64,000 bases of DNA from an uncultured cyanobacterium. Its GTDB lineage: Bacteria; Cyanobacteriota; Cyanobacteriia; Pseudanabaenales; Pseudanabaenaceae. The DNA is taken from NCBI GenBank assembly GCA_963703315.1, contig OY969811.1:736001-800000 (forward strand), given 5' to 3'. Below, piece after piece: positions 22,349-30,821 of this stretch. Position 1 is the stretch's first letter. Every line of letters begins with the position of its first letter. The position numbers and the translations under genes are program-made. The notes beneath the pieces are model-generated. The model saw only the letters and a program-made list of their open reading frames with translations, ran no database searches and was not told where the DNA came from.

Positions 22349-23025
22349 AGAAGATAAAGTGGTGAGTTTGGATCAAGGCACTCTTGTAAGTAATTCCAAG
22401 TTTCGGTTTGTTCATCTCCATCTTCAGCTAACCATTCTTCCATGAGTCTAGCTAGACCTTGACGTTGTTTTTCTCTCGTTTTCTTAGGATCTTGACTGTC
22501 TATTCTGGTGATGATGCTTGTAAAGTAGCTGTCTAGTTCGGTGACAATATCAGAATTTTTGAGCAGTGGCTTAACTAAGATTTGGATTTGTCTAACTACG
22601 GTAACTAGGAATTGAATTTGTGTGGATTCGTTTTGAGATTTTAGGGATTGTAGGTTCAATTGTTCTAGGATTAATGCATCATTACCAATGAGTGCGTAAG
22701 TAAGATAGTGCAAAATATTTTTGCAGTCGCTGGATAGGTCTTTTAGAAATTCTTGAGTAATTGATGCTTGGGTAATTGATGTAGTTGTTTCGGTGATCGG
22801 GATTTCTTGAATAGCCACTAAGATCGCTTCTCGGACTATTTTTTTCGCGTTGACTGTAAGTAGTTGGACAAATTCTAAGATTTCTCTTAGTCGTGCTAAA
22901 GATACATCAGTATTGAATGTGTCCATAAATGAGTCGGTATTAACATTAATGGTTAATTCAGTGACTGATTCAATAGTTGGGTCAGATGTGATCATTGCAA
23001 TATTTTGCATAGCTTTGCCCCTCAT
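22339..23025 (-). CDS. divergent phycobiliprotein (globin-fold)-like domain fused to an acidic Trp-containing tail
   Basis: 'NAKKIVREA', 'DCKNILHYLTYALIGNDALILEQ', 'ELDSYFTSII' align by eye to allophycocyanin 'NAAAIVKEA', '[23 protein letters not shown]', 'EMGIYFDYI'. Confidence 0.6.
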   Translation of the reverse strand: MRGKAMQNIAMITSDPTIESVTELTINVNTDSFMDTFNTDVSLARLREILEFVQLLTVNAKKIVREAILVAIQEIPITETTTSITQASITQEFLKDLSSDCKNILHYLTYALIGNDALILEQLNLQSLKSQNESTQIQFLVTVVRQIQILVKPLLKNSDIVTELDSYFTSIITRIDSQDPKKTREKQRQGLARLMEEWLAEDGDEQTETWNYLQECLDPNSPLYLLVR

Positions 23026-23088
23026 CTGTCTTGATCTATATTTTAGAATTTAGAGCGCTTAACCATGATGCTAGCACAGCCTATGATG

Positions 23089-23694
23089 TTAAGTACTTGC
23101 TGAAAATTCTTGGCTAAAATCTTGAATTTTCTTAAATTTGTAAAAATCCATAATTGCGCCCCAGATGGCTGAGCCTGTTTCAGGATTGACTCCGCGATCG
23201 CCACTCCAAAATTCATCAGCACTAACCTCAAAACCTAAAACAACTTGGCGCGATTCGTTTAAATATTGAAAACAACATTTGGCATCTTTGGGCATTTCGG
23301 CTTTGTAGCGACCATTGGCAAATGAGACATCTAGTAAACAACCAGCCAGAGGTTCGATGTCATTAATGGTGATTTGATTAAGCCGATCGCGATCGCGTCC
23401 AGCCCCAGACCATGCGACAGGATCTTTAAATCCCCAATATTTCACCTGAATTTTGCCGTCATTTTCCACAAATTGCAAAATGCGCTGACGATAGGGGCGA
23501 TCGAGGATCAGGGCATTGGCTTGTTCGGCAAAGATGGCAATGCTGCCCAAAATGTTAAATGGGATAGGACGTTGCCACCAGACTAAGTTCACAAACCAAA
23601 CAGGTTGATCTAGCGATTGTTCACGGTTACTAAATTCTCCCGCTATCCATGACGCGAGAGTTGAGAGTTCTTTAGAAATACTTGTAAGTGTCAT
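23089..23694 (-). CDS. cpcT: CpcT/CpeT-family phycobiliprotein lyase
   Basis: 'GEFSNREQ', 'EQA...PYRQR', 'CCF', 'DRG...WG'. Confidence 0.88.
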   Translation of the reverse strand: MTLTSISKELSTLASWIAGEFSNREQSLDQPVWFVNLVWWQRPIPFNILGSIAIFAEQANALILDRPYRQRILQFVENDGKIQVKYWGFKDPVAWSGAGRDRDRLNQITINDIEPLAGCLLDVSFANGRYKAEMPKDAKCCFQYLNESRQVVLGFEVSADEFWSGDRGVNPETGSAIWGAIMDFYKFKKIQDFSQEFSAST

Positions 23695-23748
23695 AAATAA
23701 TTAATGTTAGGTGGTTGCAGGTGATTGCGGATAGAGTTCATCCAAAAT

Positions 23749-24789
23749 CTAATTTGCGAGGTCAAATATAACTTCGGTTAAGCCAGTTACAACTCTTGTA
23801 AACTTATCAAAATTAATTTTGTCAAGAGTATCTTGTTCTGTATGGTAATGCGGGTAGCGGTAAGTAGCCGTATCTGTAACCATGATTGCGGGATATCCCT
23901 GCTGCCAAAACGACCAATGATCCGACCAACCAATTCCAGATATCCAATCGGGCAAAGAAGCGCCTTCAGAGGGGAATTGGGCATGATTACGAAAAGAGGC
24001 GATCGCTTTTCTCACCAAATCTCCAGATTGGACATTGCCGATAAAACCGATGAAATTGCCTTGGTTTGGATAAATTAAGCCGATAGGAAAAGGATATCTC
24101 TGGCTTTTCTCAATATCTGAAAAGTATCCCATCGTCTCTAGACTCAACATTGCCACAATATTTGCTCCCTGCTGGTGTAGTTGTTTGGCATACACGAAAC
24201 TCCCCATATCCTTTGTCCAGAAATAGGGTGGTTCTTCATTCGTAAATTCAACAAAACGAATAGTTCTCTTGGTAGATTTTGTGGCAAATATTCTCGCTAG
24301 CTCTAGGGTTGCTGCTGCACCTGTAGCATTGTCGTTAGCACCAATACTAGTGAAAGCAGTGTCATAATGACCTCCCACTACCACAATTTCTTGAGGTTTA
24401 TCGGTTCCTATTTTTTCAACTTCTAGGTTGTAGTATGACTTGCCCTGAATTTTGTACTCAAGTGATTTTGGCTTATAACCTGCTTTAGTAAAAGCTTCTT
24501 CAAGAAAATCTTTGGTAGCATTTAGCTTTGCATATTGTCCAGAATTTCTGGCTCCAATTTCCGAGGCGATTTTTTGAATGTCCTGTTTTAGCAAAGCTTG
24601 CAATGCGATTTCTTCAGGCTTTAAAGCTGTAAATTGACCTCTATAACTTTGCGCTGGCATCGCAAACATGGTGAACCAGCCCCATGCACTAAGAATGAGT
24701 AAAACGGCAAAGAATATAGCTAGACGAATTAATGCGGTTTTACTAATAATCTGGAATTTTAATCTACGTTTGTTGGAGGACTGGTACAT
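23749..24789 (-). CDS. M28-family peptidase
   Basis: 'GGHYDT', 'GANDNATG', 'NEEPP', 'SDH', 'YH...DT'. Confidence 0.88.
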   Translation of the reverse strand: MYQSSNKRRLKFQIISKTALIRLAIFFAVLLILSAWGWFTMFAMPAQSYRGQFTALKPEEIALQALLKQDIQKIASEIGARNSGQYAKLNATKDFLEEAFTKAGYKPKSLEYKIQGKSYYNLEVEKIGTDKPQEIVVVGGHYDTAFTSIGANDNATGAAATLELARIFATKSTKRTIRFVEFTNEEPPYFWTKDMGSFVYAKQLHQQGANIVAMLSLETMGYFSDIEKSQRYPFPIGLIYPNQGNFIGFIGNVQSGDLVRKAIASFRNHAQFPSEGASLPDWISGIGWSDHWSFWQQGYPAIMVTDTATYRYPHYHTEQDTLDKINFDKFTRVVTGLTEVIFDLAN

Positions 24790-24802
24790 AACTTTGCGAT
24801 CG

Positions 24803-25237
24803 CTACTGCCAAAATCTTTTATTCAAAATTGTCTCAATATCTCGCTCAAATTCCCATGTTTCGGGGAAATTTGTATCTGGATAGTCAGCAGTCAGATCAT
24901 AGAGCGCAGATGAGTAGTTAAAGTCAAACCTTTCATCCCAATTTTCTTTTAAGCTAGGGGCATCTCTAAAAATAAGCTCAATACCGCATCGATAAAAGCT
25001 AATGTCGCTTTGCCATCTCTCAAATTGATTTGGTAAGGGGACATATAGCCGTTTGAGCATATTTACGAGCAAGTTTTTCAGCTTGTCATCCAAATCTCTT
25101 TTGAGGATGTAGATCAAGCTTTCAAATTCTTCAATCAGGTTGTCTAAGTCCAGATTTGCAAAATCTTTGGCTTTAAGCTTGGTGACATTTTCCTGAACCC
25201 AAAGTATATAATCTTGGTCAAATAAAGACTGATTCAT
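24803..25237 (-). CDS. DUF29-domain protein (divergent)
   Basis: 'LFDQDYILW...LDLDNLIEEFESL...APSLK...FP'; ATG at 25237. Confidence 0.8.
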   Translation of the reverse strand: MNQSLFDQDYILWVQENVTKLKAKDFANLDLDNLIEEFESLIYILKRDLDDKLKNLLVNMLKRLYVPLPNQFERWQSDISFYRCGIELIFRDAPSLKENWDERFDFNYSSALYDLTADYPDTNFPETWEFERDIETILNKRFWQ

Positions 25238-25447
25238 TTTAATCTTTGCCTGTAAAGTCAGGTGAGTATACTGGAAAATCCGCAACTGCTACTATGTTAT
25301 CTCCCCCACTAGACTCAGTGAAGGATGATTGGAATTTTCTTGAGGTTTGGATCGATTAAAATCAAGTGACGATCGCTTTCTTTACCATCAAAATATCAGC
25401 ATTAAACTTCTTGTATAATTGAAACTAATTGCAACTAGCGAAATAAT

Positions 25448-26566
25448 ATGAAACTTAAAAGAGTCTCTATCAAAGGGCTAAACAATAAGGTTGATTGTGA
25501 TTTTGAATTTCACGATGACATAAATATTGTCACAGGCATTAATGGCTGTGGAAAAACAACATTATTAAAAATGCTCTGGTATGCAATTTCAGGAAATATC
25601 GAGCATCTTATGTCTGAAATAAGTTTTGAATCATTTAACTTAGAAACTAGTTGTTACTCTTTATTTATAACCAACAAAGATAGTTTTATTGAGTGGAAAT
25701 ATATTGGAAATAATATTGAGGAGAGTCGTGCAGGACTATCTAAAAGTGGCGCACCTTTAAATGACCTTATCATTCAACATAAAACATCATCTGTTTTCTT
25801 CCCTACTTTTAGAAGGATAGAGGGAGGATATGCAATGATTAATCCTTATAAGAAAGGTCGTACAGCAAGTGGAGCAAGAACTGCTACATATATGCAGGAA
25901 GAGTTTATGGAAAAAGACGCTATAAACATACAAGATAACCTTGATAAATTATCGAAACTTCTAACTGTTCTCGATCATAAGTTTGTTTGTTCTATATCAA
26001 CTCATGATCTTGTTACTCTAGTAAATTCGCGCCATGCTGAAAGAGCTGAAGAAATTAATGAATATTCTCTTGAATTAAATAAATCATTGATTAACAAAAT
26101 TGAAAATATAAAATCTGGTATTGAAGATAACAAGGAAGAGTCTCTAGTCATTCTTAGCAAACTTCAACAAGAAGTAACTATTGTTAATAATAAACGTGAT
26201 GAACTTTTTCAACCTTTCAAGGTCTTATCAGAACTAGTGATAAACATTTTAAAATATAAAGAGGGTATTAAACTTAATGATTTTCAGATAGGGGGAGGAA
26301 TGCTTAAGGCTATTGATTCCAGATTTCTTTCATCTGGTGAACAACAAATGCTTAGCTTTCTTTGCTATAACGCATTTTATGAAAACTCAGTAATATTTAT
26401 TGATGAGCCTGAGTTAAGTTTGCATCCAGACTGGCAGCGTAGATTATTTCCTAACTTGATGAAGCAACAATCAAGTAACCAATTTGTTGTAGCTACACAT
26501 TCTCCTATGATTTACTCTAAATACTCAGACAAAGAAATTATACTTTCATCGGAGAAAGGTGAATGA
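25448..26566 (+). CDS. ABC/AAA_15-AAA_21-type ATPase, AriA-like (PARIS)
   Basis: Walker A 'GINGCGKT', signature 'LSSGEQQ', Walker B/D-loop 'IDEPELSLHPDWQ', H-loop 'ATHSP'; low GC. Confidence 0.8.
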   Translation: MKLKRVSIKGLNNKVDCDFEFHDDINIVTGINGCGKTTLLKMLWYAISGNIEHLMSEISFESFNLETSCYSLFITNKDSFIEWKYIGNNIEESRAGLSKSGAPLNDLIIQHKTSSVFFPTFRRIEGGYAMINPYKKGRTASGARTATYMQEEFMEKDAINIQDNLDKLSKLLTVLDHKFVCSISTHDLVTLVNSRHAERAEEINEYSLELNKSLINKIENIKSGIEDNKEESLVILSKLQQEVTIVNNKRDELFQPFKVLSELVINILKYKEGIKLNDFQIGGGMLKAIDSRFLSSGEQQMLSFLCYNAFYENSVIFIDEPELSLHPDWQRRLFPNLMKQQSSNQFVVATHSPMIYSKYSDKEIILSSEKGE

Positions 26567-27306
26567 GTAGAGGAAAGTATCTTTCTGAAGATGAAATTGT
26601 AGATCTATTGAGAGAAACATCACTTCCAACAATTTTAGTTGAAGGCAGCGATGATTTATCGGTATATAACAGATACTTAGAAAGCAAGATTAATATTGAA
26701 GATGTTGATGTTTTACCTTGTCAAGGAAGACCGACTCTTCTGAATATTTTTCAAAGAAGAGCAGAATTTAGAAATGCTAAAGTGGTCTTTGTTGCAGATA
26801 AAGATATGTGGTTCTTTTGTGGCATTCCAAAAGAATATGAAAATCAAATAGTATTTACAGATGGATATTCATTAGAAAATGATATTTATGTTGAACAAAG
26901 TTTTAAAAAACTATTAGATAAAGAAGATTTAAAAAAGTTTGAGAATTTAATTAAGCAGTTATCAATTTGGTTTGCTTTTGAAGTCAATAGATATAAAGAA
27001 ACTCTTGAGTCAAAATGTGATGTTAATACAGATAGGATATGTCCAGACGATACTATCTGCCCTAATTTTAAGCAAGCAATAAATTTTGTCGATCCACCTC
27101 AAGAGCTTGTAGGTCTCATTCATCGTGAATATGCTAGAGCGTTGCGTGGTAAAAACTTATTTCAGGCTTTATTAAGGTTTTTAACTCGTCGGACATCAAA
27201 TTATAGTCGAGCTAATCTTCTTGAGCTTGGTTCAAAAGTGCTTGATAATCCACGAATAGAAATTTTGGTTAACAAAATCATGGAAAAGTTTCAAGAATAT
27301 CGCTAA
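26563..27306 (+). CDS. DUF4435 TOPRIM-like protein, AriB-like (PARIS)
   Basis: 'LVEGSDD', 'VADKD', 'YSLEN', 'RGKNL'; ATGA overlap with the ATPase gene. Confidence 0.72.
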   Translation: MSRGKYLSEDEIVDLLRETSLPTILVEGSDDLSVYNRYLESKINIEDVDVLPCQGRPTLLNIFQRRAEFRNAKVVFVADKDMWFFCGIPKEYENQIVFTDGYSLENDIYVEQSFKKLLDKEDLKKFENLIKQLSIWFAFEVNRYKETLESKCDVNTDRICPDDTICPNFKQAINFVDPPQELVGLIHREYARALRGKNLFQALLRFLTRRTSNYSRANLLELGSKVLDNPRIEILVNKIMEKFQEYR

Positions 27307-27385
27307 GTAATAACCTCGATAGGTGGCTAACACGATGTCCAAACGATGCAAAAATAGTAGATCGATTCTACTGGAGAAAGATTAG

Positions 27386-28789
27386 GTGTCGGACAAATTT
27401 GATTACGATTTGATCATTATTGGCGCTGGCGTTGGTGGACATGGCGCAGCCCTCCATGCCGTCGCCTGTGGCTTGAAAACAGCGATCGTTGAAGATGGCG
27501 TAATGGGCGGAACCTGCGTCAACCGAGGATGCATCCCCTCCAAGGCATTACTCGCCGCTTCTGGACGAGTGCGCGAAATGCGGGCAAAGTCTCACCTAAA
27601 GGCGTTAGGTATTGATGTCGGTGAAGTAAATTTCGATCGCGGGGCGATCGCTAGTCATGCCGATAACTTAGTACTGAAATTGCGCGGCGACTTGACCAAT
27701 AGCCTCAAACGATTAGGCGTAGATATTTTGGAAGGTCGTGGTCGTGTAGCTGGCGAACAGAAAGTTAGCGTTGGCGATAAGACCTACACCGCCAAAGACA
27801 TTATTCTCGCCACTGGTTCCGAGCCATTCGTCCCTCGGGGGATTCAACTCGACGGCAAAACCGTATTTACCAGCGATCAGGCTGTACGTCTAGAAACCTT
27901 GCCCCAATGGGTCGCGATTATCGGTAGCGGTTACATTGGTTTAGAATTTGCGGATGTCTATACGGCGCTTGGTTCGGAAGTAACGATGATCGAAGCTCTC
28001 GATATATTGATGCCCGGATTCGATCCTGATATTGCCAAGATTGCGGAGCGTGTACTTCTCAAACCTCGCGATATTGAAACTAGAACTGGTGTATTCGCCA
28101 CCAAGATTACCGCAGGTTCTCCTGTCAAAATAGAACTTACCGATGCCAAGACTAAGAAGGTAGTGGAAGTTCTGGAAGTGGATGCTTGCTTGGTGGCCAC
28201 AGGTCGGATTCCGCTTACTAAAGATCTTGGTTTAGAAAGCGTCGGTATTGCGCCTAATCAGCGTAGATTTATTGATGTGGATGACACGATGGCGACTTCC
28301 GTTCCCCATCTTTGGGCGATCGGTGATGCGACGGGTAAGATGATGTTGGCTCACGCTGCCTCGGCTCAGGGCATTGTTGCTGTAGAAAATATCTGTGGTC
28401 GTGCGACTACGGTTGATTATCAAAGCATTCCTGCGGCGGCGTTCACCCATCCTGAAGTCAGCTTTGTCGGTTTGACTGAACCACAGGCGAAGGAAAAAGG
28501 AGCATCGGAAGGCTTTAAGGTTGCCACAGCGAAGTCATACTTTAAAGGCAATTCCAAGGCGATCGCAGAGGGAGAAACCGAAGGCTTAGCCAAGATTGTT
28601 TACCGCGAAGATACGGGCGAACTTTTGGGCGTGCATATTATCGGTATTCATGCTTCTGACTTGATTCATGAGGCATCTGCGGCAATACGCGATCGCCAAA
28701 CGGTGCAGAAGTTAGCGACGATTGTTCACGCGCACCCAACGCTCAGCGAAGTTTTGGATGAAGCTTACAAACGCGCAGCGCATATCTAA
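27386..28789 (+). CDS. lpdA: dihydrolipoamide dehydrogenase
   Basis: '[13 protein letters not shown]', 'MLAHAAS', 'HAHPTLSE'. Confidence 0.96.
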   Translation: MSDKFDYDLIIIGAGVGGHGAALHAVACGLKTAIVEDGVMGGTCVNRGCIPSKALLAASGRVREMRAKSHLKALGIDVGEVNFDRGAIASHADNLVLKLRGDLTNSLKRLGVDILEGRGRVAGEQKVSVGDKTYTAKDIILATGSEPFVPRGIQLDGKTVFTSDQAVRLETLPQWVAIIGSGYIGLEFADVYTALGSEVTMIEALDILMPGFDPDIAKIAERVLLKPRDIETRTGVFATKITAGSPVKIELTDAKTKKVVEVLEVDACLVATGRIPLTKDLGLESVGIAPNQRRFIDVDDTMATSVPHLWAIGDATGKMMLAHAASAQGIVAVENICGRATTVDYQSIPAAAFTHPEVSFVGLTEPQAKEKGASEGFKVATAKSYFKGNSKAIAEGETEGLAKIVYREDTGELLGVHIIGIHASDLIHEASAAIRDRQTVQKLATIVHAHPTLSEVLDEAYKRAAHI

Positions 28790-28791
28790 CT

Positions 28792-28820
28792 AAAAAAGCA
28801 TCCCGATGGGGTGCTTTTTT
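28792..28820 (+). terminator. intrinsic terminator after lpdA
   Basis: AAAAAAGCATCCC-GAT-GGGGTGCTTTTTT directly after the stop codon. Confidence 0.7.
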
Positions 28821-28935
28821 ATGTCCATTTGCGATCGCTTAATCTTTTTGGGGATATCTATTTCAAGTCTATGTGTGTAAAATTTGTATTGACACGCAAC
28901 GCATGAGAGTTAATTAGAACAAGGTAGTTAGTTAT

Positions 28936-29232
28936 ATGAAGTCTCATATATCTGTACAAGTAAAACGGGCACTGGTCAGCTAAATCGTGATCGACGTATT
29001 TGCGTCTTTTTTATTGGCATGAAATGGACGCTTCAGAACCCATCCCACATTACCTGACCAGTGCCTAGCCGTCTATCTCGATGCTGATATGAAAAAAGAT
29101 TTGGAGACCCTTGCTAAATTAGACAAGCGAAGTGTTTCTAACCTTATCTATGCTTGGGTTGTAGATAATATTGAGTCTGCCAAGCGAGAGGGGAAATTAG
29201 GCGATCGCACCAATAACACAGGAGCAAAATAA
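28936..29232 (+). pseudogene. ribbon-helix-helix (CopG-like) DNA-binding protein interrupted by a mini-IS
   Basis: Removing 28969-29064 gives MKSHISVQVKRLAVYLDADMKKDLETLAKLDKRSVSNLIYAWVVDNIESAKREGKLGDRTNNTGAK*; its TAA abuts the DUF29 ATG; absent from the ORF track. Confidence 0.6.
28968..29065. mobile_element. 98-bp mini-element with the terminal repeats of the IS1-family element at 60868
   Basis: GGCACTGGTCAG...CTGACCAGTGCC, the same 12-bp termini as 60868-61934; no target duplication visible. Confidence 0.7.
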
Positions 29233-29685
29233 ATGACACAAACAATTGCACCACCATCGACCTTGTACGAGCGTGACCTTAATTTGTGGTTAGGAGATGC
29301 GATCGCCAAATTGAAAGCAGGTGACTTTCAAAATCTTGATGTTGAAAATTTAATAGAGGAGCTAGAGGGTTTGGCTGGTAGAGATCGGCGTGAGGTATCA
29401 AATAGGCTTAAACGATTGATCGAACACATACTCAAGCGATGCTATGTCGATATGCCTGAATGTTATAGAGGATGGGAAGTCACGATCATCAATCAGCGTG
29501 ATGAACTTGATGAAATTCTGAGTCAGTCCCCAAGTCTTAAACAGGTTTTCTTGCAATGTTTTGATGATGCGTTTAAAAAAGCCTTGAGACTCGTAAAAAC
29601 TGAATACCGAGAGGTTTCTTTTCCTGATACATGGCAGTTTGGGCGCGATATCGACACGATGCTAACTGTTGATTTTTGGGAGTAG
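29233..29685 (+). CDS. DUF29-domain protein, array copy 1
   Basis: 'LYERDLNLW...LDVENLIEELE...EHILK...W...QR...SPSLK...FP'. Confidence 0.88.
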   Translation: MTQTIAPPSTLYERDLNLWLGDAIAKLKAGDFQNLDVENLIEELEGLAGRDRREVSNRLKRLIEHILKRCYVDMPECYRGWEVTIINQRDELDEILSQSPSLKQVFLQCFDDAFKKALRLVKTEYREVSFPDTWQFGRDIDTMLTVDFWE

Positions 29686-29822
29686 CGATCGCCCCAATGC
29701 CAAAAGTCATGAGTGAGTCAATCATACAGTCCTTAATCTATGCTTGGGTTGTAGATAATATCGAGTCTGCCAAGCATGAGGGAAAATTAGGCGATCGCAC
29801 CAATAACACAGGAGCAAAATAA

Positions 29823-30281
29823 ATGACACAAACAATTGCACCACCATCGACCTTGTACGAGCGTGACCTTAATTTGTGGTTAGGAGATGCGATCGCCAAA
29901 TTGAAAGCAGGTGACTTTCAAAATCTTGATGTTGAAAATTTAATAGAGGAGCTAGAGGGCTTGGCTGGTAGAGATAGGCGTGAGATTGATAGTAGGCTAA
30001 TCACCATGATTGAGCATATTCTCAAGCGCTGCCATGTCGATATGCCTGATTGCTTTGGTGGTTGGCAGAATACGATCGCCACGCAAAGGAACGAACTAGC
30101 ACTAATACTCGAACAATCCCCAAGTCTTAAGCGATATTTTTTAGACCGTTTTGATCGATGTTTTGCGATCGCTTTGCGGGATGTAAAAAAGGAATATTCA
30201 AAAAAGGGCTATCAAATTCCTGATACATGGCAGTTTGGGCGCGATATCGACACAATGCTAACCGTTGATTTTTGGGAGTAG
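29823..30281 (+). CDS. DUF29-domain protein, array copy 2
   Basis: Same N- and C-termini as copy 1 with a divergent middle. Confidence 0.88.
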   Translation: MTQTIAPPSTLYERDLNLWLGDAIAKLKAGDFQNLDVENLIEELEGLAGRDRREIDSRLITMIEHILKRCHVDMPDCFGGWQNTIATQRNELALILEQSPSLKRYFLDRFDRCFAIALRDVKKEYSKKGYQIPDTWQFGRDIDTMLTVDFWE

Positions 30282-30434
30282 CGATCGCCCCAATGCCAAA
30301 AGTCATGAGTGAGTCAATCATACAGTCCTTAATCTATGCTTGGGTTGTAGATAATATCGAGTCTGCCAAGCGTGAGGGAAAATTAGGCGATCGCCTTTAT
30401 GATGAGTTCTTTTGCATAAGTTCTAACAAATCTA

Positions 30435-30821
30435 ATGCGTAATTTCTATTTCGATCGCAAGTATTTCTATCTCACAGTTGTACTATTTTTGATAGAAGTT
30501 TGGATTGCTATTTTTATGGATGACCAGTTTATCCGTCCTTTTGTGGGAGATATTTTAGTAGTCATTCTCATTTACAGCTTTGTCAGAGCTTTTTGGAAGA
30601 TTAATGCTAATGTCGCGGCTCTATCGGTATTTGCATTTGCCTGTGTGATCGAAGGCTGTCAATATCTCCAACTCATTGACAAATTGGGACTACGACAATA
30701 CAAGCCCTTAGCAGTGATTCTGGGGACTACCTTCGATTGGAAAGATATCTTTGCCTATGCGATTGGGACGGCAATCATTATCTTATGGGAAAAGCTGGCT
30801 AATTCCTCAAAGTCTATCTAG
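30435..30821 (+). CDS. DUF2809-family membrane protein
   Basis: 'FIRPFVGDILVV', 'E..QY', 'LGTTFDWKD'. Confidence 0.78.
   Translation: MRNFYFDRKYFYLTVVLFLIEVWIAIFMDDQFIRPFVGDILVVILIYSFVRAFWKINANVAALSVFAFACVIEGCQYLQLIDKLGLRQYKPLAVILGTTFDWKDIFAYAIGTAIIILWEKLANSSKSI

Larger units (their letters stand above)
29146..30394 (+). repeat. tandem ~590-bp repeat array (two units plus a third boundary repeat)
   Basis: 63-bp repeat at 29146-29208, 29736-29798 and 30332-30394, each ending in HIP1; periods of 590 and 596 bp. Confidence 0.92.

Noticed and set aside
29233..30281. Diversity-generating retroelement TR/VR pair
   Set aside because: Differences between the two DUF29 middles involve all four bases and a 6-bp indel rather than being adenine-specific, and no reverse transcriptase is present.
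29146..30394. CRISPR array or integron attC array
   Set aside because: The repeats are 63 bp and derive from the RHH coding sequence, the spacers are ~530-bp homologous genes, there is no attC-type palindrome, and no cas or intI gene is present.
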